A stretch of DNA of 53,970 nt from a virus. Taxonomy: Duplodnaviria; Caudoviricetes. Position 1 is the stretch's first letter, and each line of letters begins with the position of its first letter. Below are positions 53,601 through 53,970 of the stretch, piece by piece. The notes under the pieces were generated by a model. The model searched no databases. It saw only the letters and a program-made list of their open reading frames with translations, and was not told where the DNA came from. Both the position numbers and the translations under genes were made by a program. Location: positions 1-53,970 of the IMG/VR virus record IMGVR_UViG_3300025872_000072; one strand, given 5' to 3'.

Positions 53601-53970
53601 ATCTCAATCGCATACAACTTCTTTGTACCTGGCGAAGGGCTCATGTTAGAAGTGTTGACTGCGACATTCGCCTGGTCGAGGATGCCTGCAACCAGCATGC
53701 TGTACATTGTGCCCTCGCTGAAGCTCGTGACGCTGGTGTCATAGGTTCCTGACCAGTTCAAGAAAGATGTCGTTTCTTGGTCTCCCCAGTCATTTCCCGT
53801 GAACGTGATTCTCATGAACTGACTTATGAGCTTCTCAGTTGCAGCTTTGTCAACTTCCTCACCGCTGAGGAAGTTTTTGATCTTTTCATGCAGTGAGTTC
53901 TGGTTTCCTATGGGCATGATGGTCGTCCCACCCTTCATCACACTGAGCAGCTCTTGTGCCAGTATGACAA
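50693..53970 (-). CDS. Large baseplate-hub/tail-associated protein (probably 5' truncated by the window)
   Basis: The frame stays open to the window edge. IEYGW, VVNSSFSF and MG.P......F......NIYAITGIDHKI...GFTTSFKL resemble hub (gp27/GpD-like) proteins. Confidence 0.55.
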   Translation of the reverse strand, partial: VILAQELLSVMKGGTTIMPIGNQNSLHEKIKNFLSGEEVDKAATEKLISQFMRITFTGNDWGDQETTSFLNWSGTYDTSVTSFSEGTMYSMLVAGILDQANVAVNTSNMSPSPGTKKLYAIEMLNPRIGSHTRDTTPFGIFTSIISPIEMSRCVPYLNVSIGVSGSSGGINSAGDISGLSILSYINGMGKNISDFSESLMDSTIAFSRSETSDVSRTAGMEIFTSPQTMVSPLDSNAFNPTKGHERVLDRFRPFMSLKGLDISVTPTGGWFAYKSAKMSLTLHDRSRLAQVTQFVNASVYQKTILDIEYGWSHPFGNNVTRNATDNPMGAFLDGLRVREKYSVVNSSFSFDDSGQVEINLTLAMVGTPALKTTDISMANNQQLASFEEQLGEISKKIQELRGGSEKFKKLCDETILNAVSSTDSAFSLDAESWKEFKKSLDKLKKGGEANAELVKNIEKLLDPNKNSVSATIKKSSDKAVTDSLDAIGSGIEIFPCTDAQIGRNTAFTISALSAGNKTISDPISLGKLLLAFVGLPLANTGEYEEVHMIFHTFNEYASFVRDLSIAKFPISKQAVVKRIQDEFKQRTKVSCLEMARILLSDMVSSAIYAVPYGFNSLYEQKTENGKTTYVKKSASKKEDAQTKALADDAEAEAKALREAGIPSGKFTSPKLSLYPECVPVSGDERKSILRLHVVDEACSSFTTYHDLLKAARSGDITTFGIDNSPDHKLLTKAPETDAKTNAARRKAIIKELVDNGIVGPYKTSDDGTTGTVTIDAGKVLETKKSIDEVKRYVSTGLPTLLYGRSGGMINSIGVSSMNDAALATANMMRNAPEDGAKPDATKTRGIPMRIIPTEMTVDMMGMPTLQYMQQVFVDLKTGTTADNIYAITGIDHKIGLDGFTTSFKLVSPGDAYASYESPITKAGIAIESLKSILGIPEQSGQDSTGASKTAKKAGTRGSFLRKLVISTEQKAKLRGKVGLISKATVYSYTLMLELAPDGKTLRNSDSWIDNNQALTPSLRAGQSDSWYLVMEGLTKSSKYGYARVYNNLGASSSIGSSLVSSTLGSSKPGYGNMFSLYFAKTLEEDWKDVLT

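Noticed and set aside
1-53970. CRISPR array, tRNA/tmRNA genes, IS elements, reverse transcriptase systems
   Set aside because: No regularly spaced repeats, cloverleaf with a T-loop consensus, transposase or RT motifs were seen, and intergenic gaps are short. tRNAscan was not run.
1-53970. Stop-codon reassignment as in some huge phages
   Set aside because: Conserved genes are full length in code 11, and TAA, TAG and TGA all terminate genes at expected positions.

Overview
This window looks like part of a large tailed (jumbo or huge, T4-superfamily-like) bacteriophage genome. It uses the standard genetic code, is densely coded, and almost every gene is on the minus strand. It carries (i) a replication and recombination block (gp32-like SSB, RecA/UvsX, two 5'-3' exonucleases, DnaB-like helicase, DnaE, a compact family A polymerase); (ii) nucleotide metabolism (class II RNR, a canonical ThyX, a second divergent ThyX-fold protein, dCMP deaminase, thymidine kinase, dNMP kinase, nucleoside deoxyribosyltransferase, two all-alpha NTP pyrophosphatase domains); (iii) three DNA glycosylases (zincless Fpg/Nei, MBD4-like, UDG-fold); (iv) host-like genes (sigma70-family factor, GroEL, J-domain protein, ClpP, Fe/Mn SOD, PMM, NDP-sugar epimerase); (v) two free-standing homing endonucleases; and (vi) many probable virion proteins, several sharing an N-terminal L(R/K)xx(I/V)(R/K)EE leader. 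Two promoter classes are visible by eye: sigma70-like TTGAAC/TTGTAA-N16-18-TAnnAT and a short late-type ATA(G/C)TTA. The strongest findings are a recurring design in which a gene's own promoter overlaps one arm or the loop of a hairpin that hides its RBS or start codon (at least 8 genes), a candidate novel pyrimidine-modification pathway built around the divergent ThyX, and a homing endonuclease that seems to have disrupted thyX while supplying a replacement 5' end. All product calls come from motif recognition only; no database search was run.
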